Of a DNA stretch of 64,000 nt, positions 1 through 9,313 are shown piece after piece. The notes under the pieces are model-generated. The model saw only the letters and a list, made by a program, of their open reading frames with translations. It had not been told where the DNA came from and made no database searches. Source of the DNA: Promethearchaeota archaeon (GTDB lineage: Archaea > Asgardarchaeota > Hermodarchaeia > Hermodarchaeales > Hermodarchaeaceae). Each line of letters starts with the position of its first letter. The first letter of the stretch is position 1. A program made the translations under genes and the position numbers. The stretch spans positions 6,620 through 70,619 of the forward strand of contig JBHLMG010000009.1 of the NCBI GenBank assembly GCA_048938385.1, read 5' to 3'.

Positions 1-888
1 ATCGAAAGGCAGCCAGCCCCATGGGGGAACATAGACCATAGCCCACCCATGACCGATGGCGTTTTTCCAGTCCACATAGAGGTATGCCTCTTCGGCTATT
101 GACCCCCAAATGAATCCATTTGTGCGAGCGCCGTCTTGGAACCAGTGACCGGTTGTTAGGTAACAGGGGATTCTTAAAATTCGGAGCAGAGCAATAAGTA
201 AATTCGATTGGTCATCACAGTCACCAATTTGACTAACTATGGTTTCCTCTGGATACTGTGGTTCAGTAATACCTGTTGATCGAATGATGTTTGACTGTAT
301 CCACCGAATTGCTGAATAAACGAGGGCGAGCACATTATCCTGGGTTGCGTTCGCCAGGCTCCTCTGAACATCCATGGCAATGTCTACAAGAGAGGAATTC
401 CATGTTTTCCACAGCGAAGTTCCTCGTGTATACCAAAGGTAATCATCTGTCCCAATCTGGTCCTCAATGTCATCGAGGGTACCTGATTGGATGACACTAA
501 TTACTGGAAGACTTGGTCGATGATCGAGTACCGTGAAGAGCCACTCTTCCTCCCACCGAATCCTATCTTGGGGCAATAAGGTAGTAGTTAAATTCAATCG
601 TATTCTTGGATTTCCATCGCTGTCTGTTCCAAAACCGATTGGTTCGATGGATTGGTTGTTGTAACTGAAATCGAAGTTCAGTTGTTCACAGGTTTGCCAA
701 GAAGTGTTTCCGATGTAATCCCAATAGGCTGTTATTGGAAGGGATTGGTTTCCTGAAACGATTAGCGAACCTGAGAAGCTCACTCGCCAGTGATGGACGT
801 ATTGAAAAGCTGATGTGGGGTGTGGCACTAAAGCTAGTAGGATGAGAAGAAGTAACAGTGTAACTATCCATGGACGATATTTCGACAT
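1..888 (-). CDS. Transglutaminase-like (Cys-His-Asp core) secreted/anchored protein; the C-terminal end runs off the window
   Basis: Own minus-strand translation from the ATG at 888. It is absent from the ORF track because there is no stop inside the window. The product starts MSKYRPWIVTLLLLLILLALV (signal/anchor) and later reads GDCDDQSNLLIALLRILRIPCYLTTG...GHGWAMVYVPPWGWLPFD, which has transglutaminase-core C...H...D spacing. The frame stays open to base 1. Confidence 0.6.
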   Translation of the reverse strand, partial: MSKYRPWIVTLLLLLILLALVPHPTSAFQYVHHWRVSFSGSLIVSGNQSLPITAYWDYIGNTSWQTCEQLNFDFSYNNQSIEPIGFGTDSDGNPRIRLNLTTTLLPQDRIRWEEEWLFTVLDHRPSLPVISVIQSGTLDDIEDQIGTDDYLWYTRGTSLWKTWNSSLVDIAMDVQRSLANATQDNVLALVYSAIRWIQSNIIRSTGITEPQYPEETIVSQIGDCDDQSNLLIALLRILRIPCYLTTGHWFQDGARTNGFIWGSIAEEAYLYVDWKNAIGHGWAMVYVPPWGWLPFD

Positions 889-1168
889 GCGGAACAGCCT
901 TGCCCCAAGTCATCTAGCAGGGAATCAACTGATTTAAGCTCTACCTTTTTTCTGACGCCCTCCAACCCACTGGGCTACAGACACCCTTTATGTACCAATC
1001 CTTTCGTATTACCAGTATTTTTTAGCTAGAAAGTGGAAAGGATAAGAACACATTTCATGTTTCGAGGGAAGCTCGCAACGAATTTGAAAGCGAAAGATAT
1101 TGAACTAACTCTTGCTTTCTTCGAGGGAAGCTTTTCCTTGGGCATGACAGACTGGGCGGGATATCGAC

Positions 1169-1651
1169 ATGAAATTAGGCGAAGTTGCCAATCATGTGAT
1201 TGCTTTTTTGCAGAATCATACTGACCAGGAATTTACTGCTAATACGCTCCTCATGCATATAGGCTTGCCACTTAAAGAAAAACGAAGGCTTTACGATGTG
1301 ATTGAAGTCCTGTCTTGCGCAGGGCTTGTAGATATTCGCAAGGATTCACGAAAGCGATACTTCAGATGGAAACTACCCACTCTTTCCCCTACACCGTCTG
1401 AAATGAACCTTGAATTACCAGCTGATCCGTTATTTCAAGAAGCTGGTACTATTCTTCATCTTCTCCTACACCTTGGGCCAGGGGCGTTTCAAGAGCTGAG
1501 CAATGATTCATCGCTCTCCATGATAGAGCGAGATATCAAACGCACCGTATGGGGTGCTAATGCTGTTAGCGTTGTGCGCGTATCTCTTCAAAATCAACAG
1601 GGTCGAGTTTTAAAAGAGACCTCCCATGGGACACTTCAAGCCGAAGTCTAA
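1169..1651 (+). CDS. E2F/DP-family-like winged-helix DNA-binding protein
   Basis: The N-terminal 70 aa contain KRRLYDVIEVLSCAGLVDIRKDSRKRYFRW. This closely resembles the eukaryotic E2F/DP recognition helix and wing, [27 protein letters not shown]. Confidence 0.55.
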   Translation: MKLGEVANHVIAFLQNHTDQEFTANTLLMHIGLPLKEKRRLYDVIEVLSCAGLVDIRKDSRKRYFRWKLPTLSPTPSEMNLELPADPLFQEAGTILHLLLHLGPGAFQELSNDSSLSMIERDIKRTVWGANAVSVVRVSLQNQQGRVLKETSHGTLQAEV

Positions 1652-1721
1652 TAGAGACTCGGCGAGTAGAAGTCAAAAAGAGTAAAATTCAGCAGAACCA
1701 GAACAAAAATTAGTGTAAAGC

Positions 1722-2111
1722 TTATTCCTGCTCAGTGAGATCTTTTCGAACTGCTTCATAAAAGCTGACTTCGTCTTCTCCACGCCGCTTCACGGTTATT
1801 TTAGGCTCAACACCTTCTAGCTTTCGTTGCACGAGGATAACACCAGTTTTTGGAATTCGCGTAAATAATTGTCCGCGTGAGTAAAGTGTGATGGCGATAT
1901 CTTCGATTCGGGAGGCGAGTTCTGACTTTGTTTTATGAAGCGTCTCTAGATAGGTCACAGCATCAGGAAGAAAAATTAGTCGAATAAGCTCATCCCGCTC
2001 CTTTTCACGCTGTGTCTTTACTTCCTTCAACGCTTCTCGTCGCTGTTGCTCTTGTACGAGCGCTTTCAGTTTTTGCTCTCGGATGCGTTTAAGCTCTTCA
2101 GACTCGGACAT
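1722..2111 (-). CDS. PDCD5/TFAR19-like DNA-binding protein
   Basis: MSESEELKRIREQKLKALVQEQQRREA...ILVQRKLEGVEPKITVKRR matches the archaeal PDCD5-like (COG2118) pattern. I moved the start to the internal ATG at 2111, because the upstream 38 codons of the track ORF overlap the divergent neighbour. Confidence 0.7.
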   Translation of the reverse strand: MSESEELKRIREQKLKALVQEQQRREALKEVKTQREKERDELIRLIFLPDAVTYLETLHKTKSELASRIEDIAITLYSRGQLFTRIPKTGVILVQRKLEGVEPKITVKRRGEDEVSFYEAVRKDLTEQE

Positions 2112-2192
2112 GGCAAACCACCAAGCGACGAGGAGTGGCACCTGTTCGCTACTTTTATAGATTTCGGGTTTCCTCATACTCGAGACAAAGAT

Positions 2193-3326
2193 ATGAACCG
2201 TCATAAACGGATTATCACTAGACATCTATCTCGTTTCTTCTTACTCACTCTACTATGTGTTATTGTCTATGGGGGCGTTCCTCAAGTTCAACTCGTTAAT
2301 GCTCACTCAGGATTAACCTCTCTTTGGGAATATTCCACGGCTCCCAATCAAGTGTCATTAGAATTTAACGGCACCGAGGCCTTCGTATATTTAGAGGCTC
2401 AATGCGATTTTGGGCCTCGCCCTCCTGGCTCGAGTAATCTTACCGCTTGCGGTGATTATATCATATCAATTCTGGAGGCTTATGGGTGGCCGGTCCAAAC
2501 GCAAACTTGGACCTACTTAGACACACCTCTACGAAATATCGTTGCAGGAGCCATAGCGCTACCAAGGTATGTACTACTCGCACATTACGACACACGACCA
2601 ATTGCTGAAATGGATCCAGATCCATTAAATCGGACCAGGCCTATTCTGGGTGCGAATGATGGCGCCAGTGGAGTCGCAACCCTTCTCGAACTCGCTGCTG
2701 TTCTTCCCCCCGAAGCCAAGAACTCTGTTGCTCTCCTTTTCGTTGACGCTGAAGATTCTGGCAATGTTAATGGCTGGGAATGGATAGTTGGTTCTACTTA
2801 CTATGTCAATGGGCTCAGCACGGTGCAGCGATTGAATATCCAAGCAGCGATTTTACTGGATATGATGGGTGATGCTGATCTACAATTAAAACGGGAAGGG
2901 TATTCAACGCCTTCCTTAGCTAATGTTATCTGGCAGATTGCCACTGATCTCGTTTACGCAGATGTCTTCCTGAATGTATCTGGTTATAGCATACTTGATG
3001 ATCATCATCCGTTCCTTGCTGTAGGTATTTCAGCTGTTGATATCATTGACTTTGACTATCCATACTGGCATACGCTAGCAGATACCCCGGATAAATGCGC
3101 TCCTGAGTCTCTAGAAGCTGTTGGGCGTGTCGTTGAATCCTTCGTTGAACAGCAGCTAATAAACCCAACAATTTTCACTCCCACTCAACCATTGGTGATT
3201 CCTTATCTGGAGTTGTTACTGTTAGTTGTTGGATCTGCGATGATAGTAGGGTTGCTGATACTATTTATTTTCTGGCAAAAAAAACCAAAGAATGACTACC
3301 AAAAAATAGCTGGTTATTGTTGCTAA
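2193..3326 (+). CDS. M28-family metallopeptidase / glutaminyl-cyclase-like protein with N-terminal anchor and C-terminal TM
   Basis: Motifs HYDTRP, GANDGASGVATLLELA, LLFVDAEDSG and ILDDHHPF match the M28/QC metal-ligand pattern. The C-terminal helix is LLLLVVGSAMIVGLLILFIF. The start is set at the ATG at 2193 (MNRHKRI...). Confidence 0.65.
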   Translation: MNRHKRIITRHLSRFFLLTLLCVIVYGGVPQVQLVNAHSGLTSLWEYSTAPNQVSLEFNGTEAFVYLEAQCDFGPRPPGSSNLTACGDYIISILEAYGWPVQTQTWTYLDTPLRNIVAGAIALPRYVLLAHYDTRPIAEMDPDPLNRTRPILGANDGASGVATLLELAAVLPPEAKNSVALLFVDAEDSGNVNGWEWIVGSTYYVNGLSTVQRLNIQAAILLDMMGDADLQLKREGYSTPSLANVIWQIATDLVYADVFLNVSGYSILDDHHPFLAVGISAVDIIDFDYPYWHTLADTPDKCAPESLEAVGRVVESFVEQQLINPTIFTPTQPLVIPYLELLLLVVGSAMIVGLLILFIFWQKKPKNDYQKIAGYCC

Positions 3327-3467
3327 ACGATTTTCAACTTAAACCAAACACTTTAAAGTGCGATTTCAAGTAACGATGCTACCCACCTTATTGCTAGGAG
3401 GAGGCGTCTCGTCCCTTCTTGCAATGTGGTAAAACCCAACTGGTGAAACTAGCATACATAAACATCA

Positions 3468-3926
3468 GTGATGGAGGAAACTCCCAAAATGTCTAAAGAA
3501 GCAGACTCCACTGAGGCTCCAGCAGCCGCAGAACCCAAAACCGAAGAAGCTAAGACCGAAGAAGCTAAGACCGAAGAACCCAAAGCGGAAAAGGCTCCTA
3601 AAGAGGCTAAGAAGAAGGCTGAGAAAAAAGCCGAAGCTCCTAAATCTCGACGCGATGAAAGCGTCGTGTTCGTGGGCAGTAAACCTCTCATGAGTTACAT
3701 CACAGCCTGTGTAACACAATTGAACCGTAATCCTGAAGAACTGGTCATCAAAGCCCGTGGTCGAGCCATCAGCCGCGCGGTGGATGTTGCTGAAGTCCTT
3801 CGAAACCGGTTCATGCCCGATCTCGTAGTGAGAAACATCGACATCTCCACTGAACAAGTCAAAACCGCTGAGGGAAGTATAGCAAACGTCTCGGCAATGG
3901 AAATCACCTTGGTTCGCGGAACATAA
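3468..3926 (+). CDS. albA: Alba (Sso10b-family) chromatin protein with a lysine/glutamate-rich N-terminal extension
   Basis: The C-terminal ~90 aa read [19 protein letters not shown]...[24 protein letters not shown]...MEITL, which is the Alba fold signature. The N-terminal ~60 aa are an EAKTEE/KKAEKK low-complexity region. Confidence 0.85.
   Translation: MMEETPKMSKEADSTEAPAAAEPKTEEAKTEEAKTEEPKAEKAPKEAKKKAEKKAEAPKSRRDESVVFVGSKPLMSYITACVTQLNRNPEELVIKARGRAISRAVDVAEVLRNRFMPDLVVRNIDISTEQVKTAEGSIANVSAMEITLVRGT
3537..3581 (+). repeat. Three tandem 15-bp units inside the alba 5' region
   Basis: The units aaaaccgaagaagct / aagaccgaagaagct / aagaccgaagaaccc encode (K)[14 protein letters not shown]. 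Confidence 0.8.
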
Positions 3927-4125
3927 TATGGCCTAGTGCTATCTCCGAACAACTGAATCGTCAAGCGATCGAATATCGCTCTAATCTGTCTAGCCGGCTT
4001 ACGAAAACGCCTAATAGCTCTTGGGGCAGGCGCGTTCATCTCCCTCTTCTTTAGCCGGATTAAAGTAGCGGATAGTATTATTATCTAACAATTATCTGAT
4101 ACGCACGATTTTCGAGGTGTTCTAA

Positions 4126-5118
4126 ATGGAACCACGACAACATGGAATGGTACCAACGGTAGTGCAAATCCTAGCCATTGGTGATGCCAACGCTGAACTC
4201 GTCTTCTCTTCTCTTCAAACTTTGCCTCCTTTTGGTCGTGAGGTTGTTGTACCCCAAATGGCTCTGCGTGCAGCAGGATCAGCGACGAATTTTGCATTAT
4301 GTGCAGCTCATTTAGGTGTAAAAACAGGGTTTGCAGGACGCCTAGCAGTGGATGAATTTGGAGAAGTAGTGCTTAAAGCGCTTCGAACTGCAAATGTCGA
4401 TACCACATGCCTTCGTCTTGTTGAAGACGCAGAAACTGGAATGACCATTTCCATAGTGCGTAACGATGGTGAACGGGCGCTTATCACCTTTCAAGGGGCC
4501 ACTGCGCAATTGCAATTTAAGGAACTCGAAAAATGCCTAAAGTCGGTTCCACCACCAAGATGGGTTCATTTAGCTGGGTATCATTTACTCGATTCACTTC
4601 GCGGACAACCAGCGGCTTCGCTTTTAAAACTTGCCCGCTCTCGCGGTGCAACGACATCGTTGGATACTGGATGGGACCCTAAGGGTTGGACTGATGAAAC
4701 TGTGACGACACTGTTAGACACGCTACGGTTTGTGGATGTGTTCTTTCCCAATGCTAGTGAATTGAAAGCGCTGACAGGTGATCGGAGTCCTCGAAAAGGA
4801 GCTGAGAAACTAATCGAAGCTGGTACAGCTGCGTTAGTTGTAAAACTAGGAAACAAGGGTTGTCTGCTTGTGACCAAACGCGATGTACATTCGATTCCGG
4901 CGTTCGAAGTTCGTGTCACTGATACTACAGCGGCAGGAGATGCCTTTGATGGCGGCTTCGCCGTAAGCATGCTCTCAGGCGCTACGATGGGTCGGGCGGC
5001 GGTGTTCGCAAATGCAGTAGCTGCCCTCCGAATATCTCGTGGCCCTGACCAGCCTCTCTTTCCGACCCTGCAAGAAACAACTGCCTTCCTGATGCGCCGT
5101 CGACCCTTAGAGGTTTGA
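4126..5118 (+). CDS. PfkB-family carbohydrate/nucleoside kinase
   Basis: An N-terminal ILAIGDANAELVF segment and a C-terminal VTDTTAAGDAFDGGF anion-hole/catalytic-Asp motif are typical of the ribokinase/PfkB family. Confidence 0.8.
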   Translation: MEPRQHGMVPTVVQILAIGDANAELVFSSLQTLPPFGREVVVPQMALRAAGSATNFALCAAHLGVKTGFAGRLAVDEFGEVVLKALRTANVDTTCLRLVEDAETGMTISIVRNDGERALITFQGATAQLQFKELEKCLKSVPPPRWVHLAGYHLLDSLRGQPAASLLKLARSRGATTSLDTGWDPKGWTDETVTTLLDTLRFVDVFFPNASELKALTGDRSPRKGAEKLIEAGTAALVVKLGNKGCLLVTKRDVHSIPAFEVRVTDTTAAGDAFDGGFAVSMLSGATMGRAAVFANAVAALRISRGPDQPLFPTLQETTAFLMRRRPLEV

Positions 5119-6666
5119 AAACACGCACTTTCCACCCACAAAGGTTTCTAACACTTTCACATCTTTGAGTCGCTCAGGTTTAATGTTGAAGGGATTTTCC
5201 GATACAACGATAAAATCAGCGAGCATTCCTGAAGCAAGAATGCCTTTCTTGCTTTCTTCAAAGCTGGCATAAGCTGCGTCTGCTGTATAAAGGCGAATGG
5301 CTTCTTCGACTGTTATACGGGTCGCAGGGTTAGGGTGGGTCACCGCTGAATAAATACCATAGAAGGGATTCATTGGCATACAATCTGAACCGAAAGCAGT
5401 AGGAATGCCCGCATCAAGAATTAACCGGAAATTGTTCAATTGCTGAGCTAGCTCAGAACCCAGACGAATATCATACATTCCGCCTGGTAAGCCCCAGCGA
5501 TGGGCGAAATTCGGTTGTAAGAGTAACAGCATTCCTAATGCCTTTACTCGTTCTAGTTGTGAAGGCGTGATAAGTTCAGCATGAATAATATTATGTCGGA
5601 GCTCTTTGACCATTTTGGAGGTACTCACCTTCTCATGGCTTCGAAGTACCAGTTCAATGGCTCGGTCCCCAATAGCGTGAGTACTTACCTGCAAACCTAA
5701 CTGATTGGCTATGTGTAAAAGGAATTCATAATCTGTGTCGGTTAATAGTAACAAACCTTTGGATTCGGGCTTATCCTTGTAGAACTGTGAAATCGCGGCT
5801 GTTTGAGCACCCAATGATCCATCTATGAAAACTTTAACCCCTCCAAATCGGAAATATTCATCACCTAGCCCTGAAGACAAACCAAGGCCTGCAAGCAGAT
5901 CGAGGAGTGTCCTTTCGAGATTCATGTATACTCTGACGGTAAGTTGTCCTTTGCGATGTAGTTTCAGATATTCTTTGAAAAAGGGTAGATGGCGTTGATA
6001 GAGGTTTTCATGCACTGAGGTTACTCCTACGCTGTTAGCGTAGCGGCAGGCTGCCAAAAGGACTTGAGATAAATCTTCTTCGTCTGAAGTAAATTGCTGG
6101 GTGTTAATTGGGATGTCTCGAAGCACACCAGTAGGTTCGTTAGTTTGTTGATCACGATCTATTCCGGGGTCGTTCTCATCGAGTATAAGCTGGTCAAGAG
6201 CGGTTGAGTTTACGGTAACAAGGTGTCCACAGACTCGGATTAAAACAACTGGGTTCTTGGGTGCAATGGGATCTAAGTCGGCTTTGGTTAGGTAGCGTGG
6301 GGTTTTCCAAGTACTTTCATCCCAGTTATAGCCGAGGATGAGTTTGTTAGGTTCAGAACCTTGAACTCGTTCTTTCACTAAGGCAATCGCCTCGTCTGCA
6401 GAGGATACATCACCTAGGTCAAGGTGTAAGAGCTTCCGACCTAATCCAACTAGGTGGGCGTGAGTGTCAATGAATCCAGGCAGGACAATTCGGCCTTTAA
6501 AGTTCAAGACCTTTGAGGCCAAATCGTAGAAAGGTTCTAACTCTGAGTTAGTTCCAATGGCAAGAATTCGCTCGTTACTGATTGCCATCGCTTCTGCATG
6601 TGGGAGTGCAGAGTTCATTGTAAGGATGTCTGCATTATGAATGACCAGATCAAGCGAGAATGGCAT
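5107..6666 (-). CDS. Amidohydrolase-3 (YtcJ-like) metal-dependent hydrolase
   Basis: LPGFIDTHAHL is the HxH metal motif. Later STHAIGDRA and HAELI histidines and a C-terminal GSDCMP...GMLADFIV segment are also present. Confidence 0.8.
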   Translation of the reverse strand: MPFSLDLVIHNADILTMNSALPHAEAMAISNERILAIGTNSELEPFYDLASKVLNFKGRIVLPGFIDTHAHLVGLGRKLLHLDLGDVSSADEAIALVKERVQGSEPNKLILGYNWDESTWKTPRYLTKADLDPIAPKNPVVLIRVCGHLVTVNSTALDQLILDENDPGIDRDQQTNEPTGVLRDIPINTQQFTSDEEDLSQVLLAACRYANSVGVTSVHENLYQRHLPFFKEYLKLHRKGQLTVRVYMNLERTLLDLLAGLGLSSGLGDEYFRFGGVKVFIDGSLGAQTAAISQFYKDKPESKGLLLLTDTDYEFLLHIANQLGLQVSTHAIGDRAIELVLRSHEKVSTSKMVKELRHNIIHAELITPSQLERVKALGMLLLLQPNFAHRWGLPGGMYDIRLGSELAQQLNNFRLILDAGIPTAFGSDCMPMNPFYGIYSAVTHPNPATRITVEEAIRLYTADAAYASFEESKKGILASGMLADFIVVSENPFNIKPERLKDVKVLETFVGGKCVFSNL

Positions 6667-6812
6667 ACGACTTGTGACTCCTTGAACGATTTCTATTCGC
6701 CCTATATCTATTAATTCCCTTAGCTTAGTAGGTGTTCTTGGAGAACTACTGACACTAGAAGATTAAATACTACCTAACATCGTTAGGAAACTACTCGGAG
6801 GTTTTTCAGAGA

Positions 6813-7220
6813 ATGGCAAAAAAAACAGCACGAAACGCAATCATTGTAGTGATTGTCATCGTTGTGATCAGTACAGGAATCTATCTTGGATTGGCATACC
6901 CATTCCCCGTGTATTCACAACCAGTAGAACTTACAGGTATCCTCTCTGAGACAGATTTCGATGTCAACATCGGATGGCCCAACACTCAAATGCGAATCCA
7001 AATTACTCTAACCTCTGTGAGTGCAATCTGGGGCTATGAAGTTCGTGACTCGACAGACACTTATATTATTGGAAATGCGAGTATCAGCACTTCTACAACG
7101 ACAATAACTTCGCCTTGGTTTGATGCTTCGGGAATCTATACAATTACTGTTGTCTGTATTGGATCGCTTGAAGGCACCGTAACGATATACGCCCGAGGAA
7201 CTCCTTTCATCACTGCCTAA
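6813..7220 (+). CDS. Hypothetical N-terminally anchored small beta-rich protein
   Basis: A clean ORF with the TM helix AIIVVIVIVVISTGIYLGLAY followed by a Thr/Ser/Ile-rich domain. I recognise no family. Confidence 0.4.
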   Translation: MAKKTARNAIIVVIVIVVISTGIYLGLAYPFPVYSQPVELTGILSETDFDVNIGWPNTQMRIQITLTSVSAIWGYEVRDSTDTYIIGNASISTSTTTITSPWFDASGIYTITVVCIGSLEGTVTIYARGTPFITA

Positions 7221-7375
7221 TAGCTTCTCAAAATTTCGCACCTATTGAAATCGTATGTCCACGGAGGTACTCCATAAGTGGGGTGGAACTTCTAAGGTAA
7301 TACTTTGCCATCTTCGGCAATCTTATATTACAAACAGAACCAAGACGGCGTATTCAGATTCTATTCGAGGAGGCT

Positions 7376-9313
7376 TTGACTATGCCCCAATCCGATTACA
7401 CACTGCGCAAACACCCCGCTCGGACACAACGCGCCCTCTTATTGACTTCTACACTTATCTGCTTGTTCATAATCAGCAGCTCTCTCACTATTCAAACTAC
7501 TCAGGCCCTACCCTTACAGCCCTTTATCGATACCTTCGAAATCAATGGTCCCATGATTAACGAAGTGGTATTTAGTGTCTACCATGGTGGAGAAGCCCAA
7601 TGGGCGGCGATGGTTGATGGCCTCATTGATATTGGCAATGCCCCAATCTCCCCGGAAGTGCGCTCAGAAATCGGGATAAACGAATGGGAAGTAGATGCCT
7701 TTTGGGGAATTGCCTGCAGCACTCACGATGATCCGTTCTTCATTGAAGAGCCTGAAGGACCCCCTGGCGTGACAGGGTTTCCTTTCAATTATGTTGCTCT
7801 ACGTCGCGCAGTCGCTATGGCCCTCGACAAGTATTCTATAGCCCAAAACAGCTTTGGTGAAGCAGGCGTCGCATTGGACCACATTATTCCCGCATCCTTC
7901 ACTGCGTGGCATGAACCCAATCTCCCCAGAGATTACCGAAGCGGAAATATTGCTGGCGCAATTGACATTTTAGAAGAAGCCGGCTTCATTGACTTCAACA
8001 TGGATGGGTATCGAGATGCACCCAACGCTACTGAGGTCACCTTAAGCCTCTATTATACTCCTATAGAACTTGCTTCTAAGGCGGCTCAACATTCAAAAAT
8101 CGCGACCAATACAACGAGGCTAGCTGAAACTATTGGGACCACCATGGAAGCGCTCGGTTTCCGCATTGAACTCTTCCCGGTCTCTGAACAGACCCTTTGG
8201 TTGTATACTCACATCGGATTCCGCTCCTATCAAATGGCTCTCCTTCCTATCGAAGTACCTGAACGCGCTCCAAAGCTTCTTGAAGACTTATTCTACTCCT
8301 TCAACATCCCTACATCCAATATCATGAACTTTCACAACACCACAGTAGATACCATCATTGAAACCATGAACTCTACCTATGATTTTGGTGACTATCAAGA
8401 TCTTCTCAGTGAACTACAAGTTGCCATTGCACAAAACCAACCCCTCATTCCCCTTTGTACCAAGTACCAATACACGGCTCAGCGTATAGACCGCTTTGAA
8501 AGTTGGTTCAACCAACCGGGAATAGGGACTGCAAATACATGGTCGCTCCTCCAAGCAAAACTACGCACTGGACAACCTGATCAACATCCGATTTCAGGCG
8601 TTGGAGGAGTTTTACAGTTCGGCCTTCACAATGTGCCTGACTCGCTCAATCCGGTCCTAGCTACTTTGGATGAAAGTTTCCTTGTCCTCAACTCTATCTA
8701 TAGCCATCTCGTCCGGATGGATCCAAATACTGGTGAAGCCATTCCTGATTTAGCACGAAGCTGGAATATCGAGCCTGAAGGAAGTGGTCTTCAAATAACC
8801 TTCAACCTACAAAATAACGCTACTTGGCATGATGGGGAACCCTTCACTTCCACCGATGTGAACTTCACTTATGACTACATCAATAATCTGCCAGGTCCAT
8901 GGCCTTATCCGCGACCGAAACCCAGTACAGTAGTTACCAGCGTCGATGTGATCAATAACATCACCATTGTGGTTCACACGCCCTTAAACGGCTACTTTGC
9001 TCTCTTCGATGTCGCTTCTACTCTAATCCTTCCCCAACACCTTTGGGAAGGAATGTTACAACCAGCTTTCTTTGAAAATCCGCGACCCGTGGGTACAGGC
9101 CCTTTCCGTTTTGATAAACAACCCGAACCTGGCCTTGTCTACTTGGAATACTTCCCTGAATACCATTATGGACTCCCAGGCTCACGAGAGATGCCCACCT
9201 TCGTAGATGTCTCGCTTCTCATCTGGCTAGGTGGAGGGATTTTCATCATCGTAATCACAGGGTTAGGGGCTCTCTGGTTCCTCCGACGAAGACCGCACGG
9301 ATTTGTTAGTTAA
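7376..9313 (+). CDS. Family-5 (peptide/nickel type) solute-binding-protein homologue, membrane anchored, apparently circularly permuted
   Basis: LARSWNIEPEGSGLQITFNLQNNATWHDGEPFTSTDVNFTYDY and NPRPVGTGPFRF normally lie in the N-terminal third of SBP_bac_5 proteins, but here they sit at aa ~450-600. LRRAVAMALDKYSI..., normally in the middle of the protein, sits at aa ~140. The C-terminal TM helix is LLIWLGGGIFIIVITGLGALWFL followed by RRR. Confidence 0.7.
   Translation: MTMPQSDYTLRKHPARTQRALLLTSTLICLFIISSSLTIQTTQALPLQPFIDTFEINGPMINEVVFSVYHGGEAQWAAMVDGLIDIGNAPISPEVRSEIGINEWEVDAFWGIACSTHDDPFFIEEPEGPPGVTGFPFNYVALRRAVAMALDKYSIAQNSFGEAGVALDHIIPASFTAWHEPNLPRDYRSGNIAGAIDILEEAGFIDFNMDGYRDAPNATEVTLSLYYTPIELASKAAQHSKIATNTTRLAETIGTTMEALGFRIELFPVSEQTLWLYTHIGFRSYQMALLPIEVPERAPKLLEDLFYSFNIPTSNIMNFHNTTVDTIIETMNSTYDFGDYQDLLSELQVAIAQNQPLIPLCTKYQYTAQRIDRFESWFNQPGIGTANTWSLLQAKLRTGQPDQHPISGVGGVLQFGLHNVPDSLNPVLATLDESFLVLNSIYSHLVRMDPNTGEAIPDLARSWNIEPEGSGLQITFNLQNNATWHDGEPFTSTDVNFTYDYINNLPGPWPYPRPKPSTVVTSVDVINNITIVVHTPLNGYFALFDVASTLILPQHLWEGMLQPAFFENPRPVGTGPFRFDKQPEPGLVYLEYFPEYHYGLPGSREMPTFVDVSLLIWLGGGIFIIVITGLGALWFLRRRPHGFVS

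Noticed and set aside
291-913. Track ORFs 291..494 (+) and 686..913 (-).
   Set aside because: Both are overlapped by a much longer open minus-strand frame (1..888) with a convincing transglutaminase-core motif. The 75-aa ORF is simply the wrong frame over that gene's signal-peptide region.
3449-5141. Antisense ORFs opposite alba and the PfkB kinase (3449..3691, 3465..3857, 3695..4039, 4085..4297, 4581..5141).
   Set aside because: Their translations are low-complexity or Arg/Ser-rich, whereas the opposite strand carries clear family motifs (Alba fold, PfkB DTTAAGD).
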